DNA of 64,000 nt from an uncultured virus (IMG/VR IMGVR_UViG_3300045240_000158) (lineage: Duplodnaviria > Heunggongvirae > Uroviricota > Caudoviricetes). The position numbers and the translations under genes were made by a program. The notes below the pieces were generated by a model. The model was not told the origin of the DNA. It did not search any database and saw only the letters and a list, made by a program, of their open reading frames with translations. Location of the stretch: IMG/VR virus record IMGVR_UViG_3300045240_000158; one strand, written 5' to 3'. Positions within the stretch are counted from its first letter, which is position 1; every line of letters begins with the position of its first letter. Below are positions 28,523 through 39,900 of the stretch, piece after piece.

Positions 28523-29449
28523 ATGATCGACATCTACATCACGCACTTCGTGACCCGCGCGACGCTCGAGATCAACGACCTTGTCGTCGATCAGATCTTC
28601 AAAATGCGCGACACGACGCCGGCCGATCTCTCGCGCACGAGCGTCGTGATGTGGACCGATGACCCGGCGTGCCTGGACGACCTGCGGCGGCGCGTGCCGT
28701 CAGGCGTCGCGGTCGTGATGAACGATCGGCCGGGCCGTCCGGACGCGCAGCCGAGCATGCGCAACAAGGTGATTGATCTCGCACGGGCCAGCGGCTGCGA
28801 GGCGTTCGTGATCATTCACAACGATGTCCGCCCGGCGCGCGGCTGGCTCCCGCTCCTCGTGGACGATTGGCGCGCGGCGGAGAAGCGCTGGGGCAAGGGT
28901 AACTCGCTCATTTCTCCGCGCCTCATCCCGTACCACGTGACCGCTCCGCATCCCGAGTCGGGGGTCCGTGCGGACTCGGAGCTGTGGACGAAGAAGCTCC
29001 CGACCGGGCGAGACTCGATGAGCACGGAGCAGATCGAGGCGTGGTGCAGGACGCAGTCGTCGGACGAGGTCCGCTTCAAGCACGGCGAGGTCCGCTGCCC
29101 GAAGGAGTCAAAGATCCAGCTCGACGGGCGCGAGCTCATGATCTTCATGGCGAGCCCGCATTTCTTCGACGCCGTCGGCGGGTGCGACGAGACCATGACC
29201 GGCGTGAACTACGACGATACGGACTGGGCGATTCGCGCGTACCAGGCGGGCAAGCGGAACCTTCAGAGCAAGGGGTCGTTGATCGGGCACGTCGGCGCGT
29301 TCACGTTGAACCACGGCGCGTCGACCACGGCAGAACGGCCTCGGGCCGACAACGCTGCACTGTTCGTCGCGAAGTGGGGCCGGGCGGTGTGGGACGAAAT
29401 GCACGCGGGGAAGCTGTGGGCGCGGCTACAGCAGGACCAGCGTCGGTAG
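28523..29449 (+). CDS. glycosyltransferase family 2-like
   Basis: MRN, IIHNDV, VGGCDE...YDDTDWAIR, IGH. Confidence 0.8.
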   Translation: MIDIYITHFVTRATLEINDLVVDQIFKMRDTTPADLSRTSVVMWTDDPACLDDLRRRVPSGVAVVMNDRPGRPDAQPSMRNKVIDLARASGCEAFVIIHNDVRPARGWLPLLVDDWRAAEKRWGKGNSLISPRLIPYHVTAPHPESGVRADSELWTKKLPTGRDSMSTEQIEAWCRTQSSDEVRFKHGEVRCPKESKIQLDGRELMIFMASPHFFDAVGGCDETMTGVNYDDTDWAIRAYQAGKRNLQSKGSLIGHVGAFTLNHGASTTAERPRADNAALFVAKWGRAVWDEMHAGKLWARLQQDQRR

Positions 29450-29470
29450 AAGCTGCGGTAGGATCATCGC

Positions 29471-29656
29471 ATGCGAGACGGACACCAGATCCTCTACGAC
29501 GTTGCGATGACTGTCGCCGGCATGGACCGCTTCAAGCGTCGACCCGGCGCGCTGTTCTCCGCCATGGACGCCGACAGCAAACGCGTGGTCGTGGCGGCCG
29601 TGGAGTCGGGACGTGGGCCTGCTCCGTGGGTTCTGAAGCTGCTCTGCGGAGCCTGA
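29471..29656 (+). CDS. small hypothetical protein
   Basis: ORF with typical codon usage. Confidence 0.4.
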   Translation: MRDGHQILYDVAMTVAGMDRFKRRPGALFSAMDADSKRVVVAAVESGRGPAPWVLKLLCGA

Positions 29657-29899
29657 CGCCGGATCAGGGGCTGCACCGGAAGGACCGCGGCGAGATCGTC
29701 GGCGGAGTCCCGGCGCAGGGCTTGTGCAGATGGTCGGCGCGGCGGACGATCCCGCAACGAGAGCACGTCGTCCATGCGCCGATCGCGTCCGACCACGCGT
29801 GCGTCGCGTCGCCTGCTGATGAACGCACGCCTGGGGTAGCAAGCGATCGTGGAGGGGCGTCCAGGTTCCAGTTTTCATCGAAGGGCGACATTTTGCGGC

Positions 29900-30436
29900 T
29901 TACTGAAAGGTCCAGTTTGACACGTCGCTGAAGTTCGAGAACACGCTCGTCCACGGGGTGTGCTTCTTGTACGTCGTGGCGTACTTGAAGAGCCCAAGGA
30001 TCTTGGCGTAGCCGTAAATGGGATCCTCGGTGTCGTGCACGACGACCACGCGCGCGCAGGTTGCAAGCCACACGATATCGACGACGCGCCTCTCTGCCGG
30101 TGCATGATCGACGAATGCGACCGCGTACGTCAGCCCCTTCAACACGTGAGGGCCGTCGAGGTCGGTCCACGACGGGAGGTGCACCAAATGGTGGTTGTCG
30201 GATCGAAGGGTCGCAAAGCGTGCGATCCAGGAGGCGTCGCTCTCGAGCGTGACGACAGTCCGGCCGGTCGCCTGGGAGACCTCGTGCAGCGCGGGTGTGC
30301 TGCCCTCACCGGCACCCAACTCCAGGATGAGACCGCTCGGGACGCGGAGGAGGGCCTCGCACAGCACGGGGCGATGCGTCTGGTAGGGGCCGTTGACGCC
30401 TTGGAAGGCGCGGCGAACGCGATCACTCGTGCTCAT
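29900..30436 (-). CDS. class I SAM-dependent methyltransferase-like
   Basis: ILELGAGEGST, VTLESD, AFVDH, VVVHDTE. Confidence 0.75.
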   Translation of the reverse strand: MSTSDRVRRAFQGVNGPYQTHRPVLCEALLRVPSGLILELGAGEGSTPALHEVSQATGRTVVTLESDASWIARFATLRSDNHHLVHLPSWTDLDGPHVLKGLTYAVAFVDHAPAERRVVDIVWLATCARVVVVHDTEDPIYGYAKILGLFKYATTYKKHTPWTSVFSNFSDVSNWTFQ

Positions 30437-30454
30437 GCTGCTAGCATAAGCGAA

Positions 30455-31006
30455 GTGAAGCGTGCAGACGGGCTCGCGACGATCTCGGTGGTCATTCCGA
30501 CCATGAACCGCCCAACGCTCGCACGTACGGTGCGAAGTGCCGAGGGCGCAGATGAGGTCATCGTGGTAGGAGATCGCGTGCACCCGACGGAGGGACAGCA
30601 CCGCCTGCGAGAGAAGCCCAAGTCGGAGCGTCGCGAGGCGCGCGCGGCTGAGCTACGAAACGCGGGAATGCGACAGGCGACGGGAGACTGGATCGCCTTC
30701 ATGGACGACGACGACGTCTTCGCACCCGGGGCGATCGAGACGATCCGGAAGGTCGTGTCGGGACAGCCTCCAGCGCTCTACTTGTTTTGTATGCTCCTCG
30801 CTGGTGTGCGCCACTGGTCGCGTCCGGTCATCGCCCATCAGAACATCGGCACACCGATGATCGTGTGCCCATTGCGTGGATGGCGACCGTGGCCGACGAA
30901 GGACTACCAGAACGAGGACTACGGCTTCGCTGACCTGAACAAGGATGCGTGGCCAGGTGGCACTGTTTTTCGAGAAGAAATCATCGCGCTCGTTAGGCCC
31001 GCTTAG
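30455..31006 (+). CDS. glycosyltransferase family 2
   Basis: ISVVIPT, EVIVV, RNAG, WIAFMDDDD, NED. Confidence 0.85.
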   Translation: MKRADGLATISVVIPTMNRPTLARTVRSAEGADEVIVVGDRVHPTEGQHRLREKPKSERREARAAELRNAGMRQATGDWIAFMDDDDVFAPGAIETIRKVVSGQPPALYLFCMLLAGVRHWSRPVIAHQNIGTPMIVCPLRGWRPWPTKDYQNEDYGFADLNKDAWPGGTVFREEIIALVRPA

Positions 31007-31019
31007 CCGAGGGCCCTCT

Positions 31020-32021
31020 TCACGGCTCCCTCGCGCAGCGCACGCCGACACCACCGAAGCGCATCGACGGCACCACGTCGCCACGCCGATACCCGTTGCG
31101 TAGAGACGTCGCGACATCGGCCAGGTCACCTCCGCGTAGCACGCGTGTGGATCCAGAAATGAGATTCGCACAGTCGTCGCAGGGCACCGCGTATCCGGCG
31201 AACCGATCCAGAACCCACTCCAAAATGTTTCCGCCCATATCAGCCTGGCCCCACAGGGCATCCCCATTAGGAGAAGTGCTCCCGACGTTACTCGTTCCGG
31301 CTGGCACGCACGCGGTACTCGGGTAGGAAGGACCGCCGTAATTTGCCTCCGCGCAGTTGAGTACTGTCGTCGCTGCCGGATTTGACCATGGATACGCGCG
31401 TTGATCACTGCCGCCGCTTGCCGCGTAATTCCATTCGGTTTCGGTGGGCATAAAGCCTCCATCCCAGGCGCAGAACGCAAAGGCCTCGAACCAGGTGATG
31501 TCGCCGATGGGCCTATTGTCCTCCGGTCCAGGCGAAGCACTCCACGGTATGAGGTTGGCGGTGAGAATAGAGGTATCAGTCGTCAGGCTCGCGTTCCAAC
31601 TCGCGTCCCAACCGCTGTCCTGGATCTTTGCATGTGCCCCGGATCCAGCTGGTGGCGGATGCACCTGCGTTCCCATGCCCGCCTCAACGAACTTTCGGAA
31701 TCGTCCGACCGTGACCTCGAACCTGTCGAGCCGAAAAGCACTGACCGTTGCCGGATGGCTATTGCTCGGGAACATGTTGTCGCCCGCTTCATCGAAGCTG
31801 CGAAAAAACGAACCGCCAGGGATCGGCGTCGCTGTCGAGCAGCAATCCTCGTCGCCGGCTGGGCCGCAGGTCGGTGCGAGGTCGATGCAGCTGGGGAATT
31901 GCAGCGGCCCCATGCCGTCCGTGCTGCTGCTCGCATCCGCGCTCGTGGCGGCGGAGCGCGGTGTGAAGGAGCAGGCGACGAGTGTCAGCGCGGTGCCGAT
32001 GACGAAGGTCTTCACGATCAT
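31020..32021 (-). CDS. FGE-sulfatase (SUMF1/C-lectin fold) domain lipoprotein
   Basis: LVAC lipobox; FRLDRFEVT, PTETEW, DMGGNILEW, RVLRGG, GVRCAR. Confidence 0.85.
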   Translation of the reverse strand: MIVKTFVIGTALTLVACSFTPRSAATSADASSSTDGMGPLQFPSCIDLAPTCGPAGDEDCCSTATPIPGGSFFRSFDEAGDNMFPSNSHPATVSAFRLDRFEVTVGRFRKFVEAGMGTQVHPPPAGSGAHAKIQDSGWDASWNASLTTDTSILTANLIPWSASPGPEDNRPIGDITWFEAFAFCAWDGGFMPTETEWNYAASGGSDQRAYPWSNPAATTVLNCAEANYGGPSYPSTACVPAGTSNVGSTSPNGDALWGQADMGGNILEWVLDRFAGYAVPCDDCANLISGSTRVLRGGDLADVATSLRNGYRRGDVVPSMRFGGVGVRCAREP

Positions 32022-32154
32022 GGCTTGACCATGGTTACTTCATGCCGCGCGCCCGTCTAGCAGATCTTCTAACCTGTTGTGATCTAAGACCGGGTAGGAA
32101 CATACCCGTCTCCGGCCGTTCACCTTTTCGCGGTGCGGGAGTGGTGTGGCGACG

Positions 32155-33018
32155 TCAGTCGAGCACGCCGCTCAAATAGCGCCCGTACTCGCTCTTGCCG
32201 AGCTTCATGATCAGCTCTTGGAGCTGCGTGGCATCAATGAACCCGAGCCGGTACGCGATCTCCTCGACGCACGCGATCTTGAGGCCCTGCCGCTTCTCGA
32301 TGATGTGGACGAACGTCGCCGCTTCGAGCAACGCCTCGGGCGTACCGGTGTCGAGCCATGCGTTCCCGCGTGACAGCACTCGCGCACGCAGCTTCCCGCG
32401 TTCCAGGTACGCCTTGTTGACGTCCGTGATTTCGAGTTCGCCGCGCGGAGATGGCTTCAGCTGCCTTACGATCTGGACGACGTCCTCGTCGTAGATGTAC
32501 AGACCCGTTACCGCGAGGTTCGATCTGGGCTGGTGCGGCTTCTCTTCGAGGCCGATCACGCGTCCAGCAGCGTCGAACTCGGCGACACCGTAGCGCTCGG
32601 GATCGCGGACAGGGTACGCGAACACCGTCGCGCCGTCGTTCTCGCGCACGGCTTCGGCGATCTGCGCGCCGAGCGCCTGGCCGTAGAAGATGTTGTCGCC
32701 GAGCACGAGCGCGACGCTTCCGTGATCGATGAAGTGCTTCCCGATGAGAAACGCCTGGGCGATGCCCTCGGGTCGCGGCTGCTCCGCGTAGTCGATCGAG
32801 AGACCCCACTGGGCACCGTCGCCGAGCAGCTCTCGGAAACGCGGCAGATCGTGTGGCGTCGAGATCACGAGGACCTCGCGGATCCCGCCGAGCATCAGCG
32901 TCGACAGCGGGTAGTAGATCATCGGCTTGTCGTAGACGGGTAGGAGCTGTTTGCTCACGACGCTCGTCACTGGATGAAGCCGGGTACCGCTACCGCCCGC
33001 GAGGAGGATGCCCTTCAT
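32155..33018 (-). CDS. rmlA: glucose-1-phosphate thymidylyltransferase
   Basis: [41 protein letters not shown]. Confidence 0.96.
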   Translation of the reverse strand: MKGILLAGGSGTRLHPVTSVVSKQLLPVYDKPMIYYPLSTLMLGGIREVLVISTPHDLPRFRELLGDGAQWGLSIDYAEQPRPEGIAQAFLIGKHFIDHGSVALVLGDNIFYGQALGAQIAEAVRENDGATVFAYPVRDPERYGVAEFDAAGRVIGLEEKPHQPRSNLAVTGLYIYDEDVVQIVRQLKPSPRGELEITDVNKAYLERGKLRARVLSRGNAWLDTGTPEALLEAATFVHIIEKRQGLKIACVEEIAYRLGFIDATQLQELIMKLGKSEYGRYLSGVLD

Positions 33019-33099
33019 CTCAGCTTGAAGCGTGTGCTGAAAAGAGGCCCGAGCGCAACTTTTCGCCGGCTCCCTTCATCGGACCAAGCGGAGGTCACG

Positions 33100-33309
33100 A
33101 TGAGCTACAAAATCACGTACACGAACAAGTGGACCGGCCAGAAGACCGAGCACATCTACAGCGGGAACCAATCGGGTGCAGAAGGCTGGGCCGCGGGGCT
33201 CTCCCGCGACAACAACGGATGCCGCGCGGAGGCGGTGCACGTCGCCGATGGGCCCTACGACCACTCGGGTAAGGTGACGCACATCGTTACGGTCGGCCAC
33301 GACGACTAG
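33100..33309 (+). CDS. small hypothetical protein
   Basis: GGAGG RBS; between divergent rmlA and rmlB. Confidence 0.6.
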   Translation: MSYKITYTNKWTGQKTEHIYSGNQSGAEGWAAGLSRDNNGCRAEAVHVADGPYDHSGKVTHIVTVGHDD

Positions 33310-33343
33310 CTCGGAGGTCTTGGGCAGGTGGTAACTTTCTTCA

Positions 33344-34411
33344 GTGCGTCGGATCCTTGTCACTGGTGGTGCGGGCTTCATCGGCTTCAACTACGTCCGC
33401 GAGCTGCTCGCGGTGGAGCCCGACACCGAGGTCGTCGTCCTCGACAAGTTGACCTACGCCGGCAACACGCAGTCGATCGCGGAGATCACGGAGCGCCTGC
33501 TGTTCGTGCATGGGGACATCGGCGATCGCGCACTCGTGCGCGACCTGCTCGCGATCCACCAGCCCGACGCGGTCGTGCACTTCGCGGCCGAGAGCCACGT
33601 CGATCGATCTATCGATGGCCCCGAAGACTTCGTCCAGACCAACATCGTCGGTACGTTCCACCTGCTCGAGGAGTGCCGCCGCTACGGGCGCACTGGATTC
33701 CGCTTCCTGCATGTCTCGACCGATGAAGTGTTCGGCGCGCTCGGCTCGACCGGCGCGTTCACTGAGACGACGCCCTACGATCCGCGATCGCCGTACGCGG
33801 CGTCCAAAGCGTCGAGCGATCACCTCGTGTCGGCGTACGTGCACACCTACGGCTTCCCGGCGATCACGACGAACTGCTCGAACAACTACGGTCCGTATCA
33901 GTTTCCCGAGAAGTTGATCCCGCTGACGATCTTGAAGGCGCTCGCGGGTAGCCCTCTACCGGTCTACGGTACCGGTGCCAACGTCCGTGACTGGATCTAC
34001 GTGACCGATCACTGCGACGCGATCCGGGCCGTGCTCTCGACCGGCAAGATCGGCGAGTGCTACCTCGTTGGCTCGCGCAACGAGAAGAAGAACATCGACG
34101 TCGTCCATACGATCTGCGACGTGCTCGACGAGTTGCATCCCAAGGCGACGTCATATCGGGCCCAGATCGAGTTTGTCACCGACCGTCCCGGTCACGACTT
34201 TCGCTACGCGATCGATCCGTCGAAGATCGAGAGCGATGTCGGCTGGCGCGCAACCGTCCTGTTTGCCGACGGCATCCGTAAGACGATCGAGTGGTACCTC
34301 AGCAACCGCACATGGACCGACGCGATCAAGTCGGCCCCCTACCGGGATCGCTTGGGGCTGGGCCCAGCAGCCGCAGCTCCTTCTCCAGGAGCAGCACCAC
34401 GAGGCCGTTGA
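33344..34411 (+). CDS. rmlB: dTDP-glucose 4,6-dehydratase
   Basis: TGGAGFIG, HFAAESHVDRSI, HVSTDEV, SPYAASK, DRPGHD. Confidence 0.96.
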   Translation: MRRILVTGGAGFIGFNYVRELLAVEPDTEVVVLDKLTYAGNTQSIAEITERLLFVHGDIGDRALVRDLLAIHQPDAVVHFAAESHVDRSIDGPEDFVQTNIVGTFHLLEECRRYGRTGFRFLHVSTDEVFGALGSTGAFTETTPYDPRSPYAASKASSDHLVSAYVHTYGFPAITTNCSNNYGPYQFPEKLIPLTILKALAGSPLPVYGTGANVRDWIYVTDHCDAIRAVLSTGKIGECYLVGSRNEKKNIDVVHTICDVLDELHPKATSYRAQIEFVTDRPGHDFRYAIDPSKIESDVGWRATVLFADGIRKTIEWYLSNRTWTDAIKSAPYRDRLGLGPAAAAPSPGAAPRGR

Positions 34412-34508
34412 CGGAGCGGTGATCGCTCTTGGCGGCATCGCGCAGCTTGGATCGAAGCGAGGTCGGGATCCGCAGCGTCAACATCACGGTTTTCGGGCGT
34501 TTCGCCAT
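34326..34508 (-). CDS. Arc-like ribbon-helix-helix DNA-binding protein
   Basis: MLTLRIPTSLRSKLRDAAKSDHRSVNGLV; overlaps the rmlB 3' end. Confidence 0.65.
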   Translation of the reverse strand: MAKRPKTVMLTLRIPTSLRSKLRDAAKSDHRSVNGLVVLLLEKELRLLGPAPSDPGRGPT

Positions 34509-34538
34509 GCGAGTGCATATGGTATCACCGCCGCAACC

Positions 34539-36110
34539 GTGAAGCTCACGCGCGCAGGTCTCGCCGCTGTTGATCCTGAGAAGCTGCGATCGCACGTCGG
34601 CGATTCCGAATGGTTCTACGCAGAGGCTGGACGCGAGCACCATCGACTTCTCGCGTACCTCTCGACGATGTTCGAGGGGCGCACGATCTTCGATATCGGG
34701 ACACACCTCGGGGATTCGGCGCTCGCGTTCTCGTATAACGAGAGCAACCGCGTCCTGTCGTTCGACGTCGTCGACAAGGTTCCGTCGCACCGACGGGGGC
34801 GATCGAACGTCGCGTTTCACCAGGTTGACCTGTTCGATTCGGCGACGCGCGATAAGTGGAGGGTCGAGCTCCTGGGCAGCGCGATCATCTTCATCGATGT
34901 CGATCCGCACGATGGCGCGCAAGAGTACGACCTCGTCGACTGGTTGTTCCGCAACGAGTATCGCGGGATCATCGTCCTCGACGACATCTGGCACTTCAAG
35001 TCGATGCGCGATCGGCTGTGGTACCGCCTCGAAGATCGCCACAAGCTGGACGTCACGCACGTGGGGCACTGGTCCGGCACGGGGATCGTGGCGTTCGCCG
35101 AGGAGATCACGTGCGAGGGCAGCTATCGCGCGGCGGACACGACGAACTGGACGCTCGTCACCGGCTACTTCGATCTGACGACGCGCACGGACTCGACCGA
35201 CGCGCTTCGATCCAGGTCCCCCTCGTACTACCTAGACGAGCACTCGGCATCGGTCATGATGCTCGAGCAGAATCTCGTGATCTTCTGCGAGCCCAAGAAC
35301 GAGGCCAAGATCTGGGGACTTCGTCCGCGACATCTGCACGAGCGAACGCGCGTGATCACGCAGGCGTTCGACGACTTCCCACTCTCGCGGTACGGCGATC
35401 GGATCCTTGCGAACCGTGGTGGCGGCCCGTGTCCCACCGATCCACGCAACACGGCGGGCTACTACCTGTTCTGCGTCGCGCGCTGCGCGATGGTGAAGCG
35501 TGCGATCGAGGAGAATCCATTCGCGTCGTCGCACTTCGCGTGGATCAACATCTGCATCGAGCGCATGGGCGCTTCAAACCTCGCCCACCTGACCGAGGCC
35601 CTCGCCCAGCAGCGCGACGAGTTCTCGACCTGCTACATCGACTATGTCGACGAGAAGACGTCTCGCGATCTCGCGAGCAACTTCGGCGCGAGCTGCCGCG
35701 GGCGCTGCACGATGTGCAGCGGCTTCTACACGGGGAGCGCGGCTGTCATGCGCGAGGTGTGCGGCCGGATCGAGCGGAAATTCGTCGAGTGCCTTGAGGC
35801 CGGCTACGGACATGCCGACGAGCAGCTCATCAACCTGGTCTACTTCGACGCGCCGGACTTGTTCGACTGGTACCTCGGGGACTACCAGGAGATGATCACG
35901 AACTACGCGCGCGTCTACCAACACCCCGAGAAGCCGCTGCGGAACGTTATCCAGAACAGTTACGCGGCGAAGGACTGGGCCGTGTGTGCGCGGGCGTGCG
36001 ACCTTCTGTGGGACGCGATCCATGGCGGCGCTTGCAAGCTCTCGGACGCCGACCTGATCGCGCTGGCGAAGATGCGTGCGGTCGCGCGCGATGCGGTAGT
36101 GCCTCGATGA
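34539..36110 (+). CDS. methyltransferase + HtrL/WlaTC-like glycosyltransferase fusion
   Basis: FDIGTHLGDSA, IFID, IVLDDI; TLVTGYFDL, NPF..HFAWI, ADEQ. Confidence 0.75.
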   Translation: MKLTRAGLAAVDPEKLRSHVGDSEWFYAEAGREHHRLLAYLSTMFEGRTIFDIGTHLGDSALAFSYNESNRVLSFDVVDKVPSHRRGRSNVAFHQVDLFDSATRDKWRVELLGSAIIFIDVDPHDGAQEYDLVDWLFRNEYRGIIVLDDIWHFKSMRDRLWYRLEDRHKLDVTHVGHWSGTGIVAFAEEITCEGSYRAADTTNWTLVTGYFDLTTRTDSTDALRSRSPSYYLDEHSASVMMLEQNLVIFCEPKNEAKIWGLRPRHLHERTRVITQAFDDFPLSRYGDRILANRGGGPCPTDPRNTAGYYLFCVARCAMVKRAIEENPFASSHFAWINICIERMGASNLAHLTEALAQQRDEFSTCYIDYVDEKTSRDLASNFGASCRGRCTMCSGFYTGSAAVMREVCGRIERKFVECLEAGYGHADEQLINLVYFDAPDLFDWYLGDYQEMITNYARVYQHPEKPLRNVIQNSYAAKDWAVCARACDLLWDAIHGGACKLSDADLIALAKMRAVARDAVVPR

Positions 36111-36301
36111 CCGGTGCAGAGCGCCGGGCCGCCGCCCGTGATCAGAAGATCGAGGCCTTGTTCCGCAAGCGTCATGCCCGCGGGGATCACCATGACCACA
36201 CGAATTGCCTCATCCATCGCGAGGCGATCGGGCGCTGGCAGCGCGTGGAGTGCACGCGCTGCTCGGCGGTGATCAACTTCGTCGAGGAGGACCTTCAGTG
36301 A
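36107..36301 (+). CDS. small hypothetical protein
   Basis: ATGA and GTGA overlaps; CTRC. Confidence 0.5.
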   Translation: MTGAERRAAARDQKIEALFRKRHARGDHHDHTNCLIHREAIGRWQRVECTRCSAVINFVEEDLQ

Positions 36302-36942
36302 GCACGCAGGACATCGACGAGCTTTTCAACGCGCACGCGAGCGACAAGCAAAGCCAGAACGGCTACGCGCCGATCTACCACGGGCTGCTCAAGCACCTGC
36401 GCGATCAGCCTGTACGGCTGCTCGAGATCGGGATCGGGACGGTGATCCAGGGTGCGTACTGCTCGATGTACGGACACGACCTCCCTGGCTACCGCCCAGG
36501 AGCTTCGCTGCGCGCCTGGCGCGACTATTTTCCAAACGGCTCCATTCACGGCATTGATGTCCAGCCGGACACGATGATCAAAGACGAGCCTCGGATCTTC
36601 ACGGCGCTTGTTGACTCGACCGATGCGGGTGCAGTGCAAGCGTACTGCTCGGTGTTCGGGCACAACCTTCCCGGCTACCTAGGTATGAGACCCTTCGACA
36701 TCATCGTCGATGACGGCGCCCACATCCCCGAGTTGCAGGTGAAGACGCTGCGCAACTTCTTTCCAGCGCTCGCGCCTAACGGGCTTTACGTGATCGAGGA
36801 CGTCAACCGCGTCGATCCGAACCAGGAGCGTATCCTTATCGATCGCAAATCCGAGTTCGAGAGCATCATCGGCGACGCGCTGTACTTCACGGTGAGTGTG
36901 CCCAAGGCCGATGTCATCGTGATCTCGAAGCGGGACCGGTGA
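36298..36942 (+). CDS. SAM-dependent (sugar) O-methyltransferase
   Basis: LLEIGIG, GASLRAWRDYFP, GIDV, FDIIVDDGAH, YVIED. Confidence 0.85.
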   Translation: MSTQDIDELFNAHASDKQSQNGYAPIYHGLLKHLRDQPVRLLEIGIGTVIQGAYCSMYGHDLPGYRPGASLRAWRDYFPNGSIHGIDVQPDTMIKDEPRIFTALVDSTDAGAVQAYCSVFGHNLPGYLGMRPFDIIVDDGAHIPELQVKTLRNFFPALAPNGLYVIEDVNRVDPNQERILIDRKSEFESIIGDALYFTVSVPKADVIVISKRDR

Positions 36943-39900
36943 AGACGCTCACATTCGTCACCAGCCTCTATGACCTCGTCAAACGGGGGAGCACGGAGCA
37001 CCGTACGTTCGACTGGCTCTTCGCGCACGCAGACTTCGTGCTCGGACTTGATCGCGAGCTGGTGATCTTCACCGATCCCGAGCTGGAGACCGAGCTGCGC
37101 AAACGTCGGGGCTCTCGCCGGACGAAGATTGTACCGGTTTCATTCGAGAAGCTTCTTTCTGCGGATCGTGTAGCCGCCGTCGCACGCGGCGCGCTCCAGC
37201 GCAACGCACACCGGTTGAAGGTGACACCGTCCTACGTCCAGCTGATGTGGGCGAAGTACGCGATGCTCGACATGGCGCTCGAGATCACAAGCACGAGTCA
37301 CCTTGGATGGATCGACATGGGGATCACACATGTTGCCAAGCTCCCGCCCGAAGGCGTAGACGTTTTCGCGGATCCCTCCGACGCTCCGCGGGTTCACGTT
37401 CTCCGCTGCTTCGGCAAGCGTGACGTCGACGCGATGGACTACTGGTACAGCGTGCAAGGGCACCTCGCCGGGGGTCTCGTCGTAGGTGCGCGGGGACGCA
37501 TGCGCGACTTGATCGATGATTTCTGGAATGCGACCGATCGCGCGATCTCGATGGGGCTCTCGCCCCTCGACGAGGGGCTGCTCTCCTACGTCGTCGGGCA
37601 GGATCCATCGCGCTACGCGTATAGCTACGGGGACTATGAGGACATCTTGCGAAATCACGATCTATCTCGCGGCGGCGAAGGCCACTGCAAGTGGATCGTC
37701 GAGGACGCCATTAACCGAGGGCTGCCGTCCATGATGGGCGCGCGATCGAGGAGCACGCTGATGGGGATGTACGAGCACGGCTTCATCCAGAAGGTCATCG
37801 GCCAATACCCGGGACACGTGGCGACGCGCGTCGTCGAAACGGGCACCTGCACCGGATACTCGACGCGAAAACTGAGTCGGCTCTACAGCCGTGTGGACAC
37901 GGTCGAGCTCGGCGAAGATCTCGCTGCTCAGACGCAGGGGCGCATGACCATAGAAGGCTACCGCAACGTGCACTTCCACGTCGGGGATTCCGCGCGCGTA
38001 CTGCGGTCGATCGCGCCCGAAATTCACGAGCCGTGTGTGTTCTACCTGGACGCGCACTGGAGCGGAGACGAGACGGTCGACTGGGCGTCCTCCGAGTGGA
38101 AGGGCTACGGCGTGGCCACGGCGCATCGGGGGAAGTCAGGGGAGAGGCCCTCGTCGGAGGACCAGGTCCCGCTCCTGGCGGAGCTACGGGCGATCTGCGA
38201 GGAGTTTCCGCACCGCGCGATCGTGTACATCGACGACTACGGCCTCTTCGGCGCGGATGGGCGCGGGAAGTGGGACGTCGGCTTCATCGGCAACGACTGG
38301 AGTCACCTCCATGTGGATGACCTCAAGAAGGTCTGCGAGGGGCGCCTCGTCGACTGGGTAGTCGACTCGAGCGGACTCCAGGTCGCGATCGTCCTCGCCG
38401 CGGCGGACGAACCTGTAGAAAAAGTTCCGCGGGTGACCGTCGTGGTGGCGCCCCCGAGGCCCGTGGCTTCCGGCGATCGGCCGCTGCTTGGCCTCGTCAT
38501 GATCGTCAAGAATGAGGCGAAGCGCGTCGCTTCCGTCCTAGCCTCCTACCGACCGTACATCGACTCGTGGACGATTCTCGACACCGGATCGACGGATGGC
38601 ACGCAGGACCTCGTGCGCGGTGAGCTCGCGGGCATCCCAGGCACGCTCCACGAGGAGCCGTTCGTCGATTTCGCGACGAGCCGCAACCGCGCGCTTGATC
38701 TGCATGGCATCTCGACGGTGTTCTCGATCATGCCCAACGGCGACGTCCTCCAGGGCGGTGCCGAGCTGCGCACCTTTCTCGAAGCGCACACACGGGATCG
38801 CGCGGGTGCCTATCGGGTGCGGATCGCGCCTGGTCACTACTACCACCCGCTCGTGATGCGCTGCGGTGCGGGCTGGCGCTACAAGTGGCGGACGCACGAG
38901 TGCGCGATGGGTCCCGACCTCGGGCCACAGATCCCAGGCGTGACGGTTCATCGTGATCGCGGGCAGCGCACCGACGCCGAGTGGCGCCAGCGGTGGGAGC
39001 GCGACCTCGTCCTGCTCAACCAAGATCGAGAGGCGGATCTGAGCGATCCACGTCCCTACTTCTACTTGGGACAGACGCACGAGTGCCTGGGACAGTACGC
39101 AGAGGCACTCCCATTCTTCGAGCAGCGCGCGACGATGGGCGGCTACTTCGACGAGGTCTTCGAGGCGAAGCTCCGGATCGGCAAGATGAAGGAGAAGATC
39201 GGTCGGCCATGGGCCGAGGTCCAGCAGGCGTACCTGGAGGCGTACGCGCACGATCCTCGCCGCGCCGAGCCTCTCTACCTGATCTCCGAGCACTGGTACG
39301 ACAAGGAGATCCACTCGGTCGCGCGCGTCTTCGCGGTCGCCGCGGCCAAGACGCCCAAGCCTCCGACTGATCTCTTCCTCGACGAGGACGTCTATACCTG
39401 GAAGGCGGCGGATCGGGCAGCGATCTCGTCGTACTACGCCGGGCACAAGGACGACGCTCGTCACTGGGCGGACGTGGCCCTGCGCTGGAGTCCCGACGAC
39501 GAGCGCCTTCGGGCGAACCGTGCTTTCTCAACGCAGAGCGCTGGCGAGCTGTTCGGCGCCGTTGCTCGGCCGATCGAGTTCTCGCCCGAGCCAGGTTGGC
39601 AGGCGAGTAACCCGTCGATCTATAGCGACGGCACGGAGGTCCGCTGTGTCGTGCGCACCGTGAACTACCGGATCGTGAACGGTAGGTACGTGACGCCACC
39701 CGACGACGTCGTCCGTGACGAGGGTCCGTGGAAGGATTGGCAACTGATCCGGACTCGCAACTTCCTTCTCGATCTGGACGCCGGCCTCAAGACGCAGTGT
39801 TCTGTCGAGCTGGTTGACGCGACGAATACGCCGCGCACGACCTACCCGGTCCACGGCTTCGAGGACATGCGGCTGTTCGCGTGGCGGGGCTCGTGGTGGG

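Noticed and set aside
31020..32021. FGE/C-lectin protein as a diversity-generating retroelement target
   Set aside because: No reverse transcriptase and no adenine-variant template repeat seen in the window.
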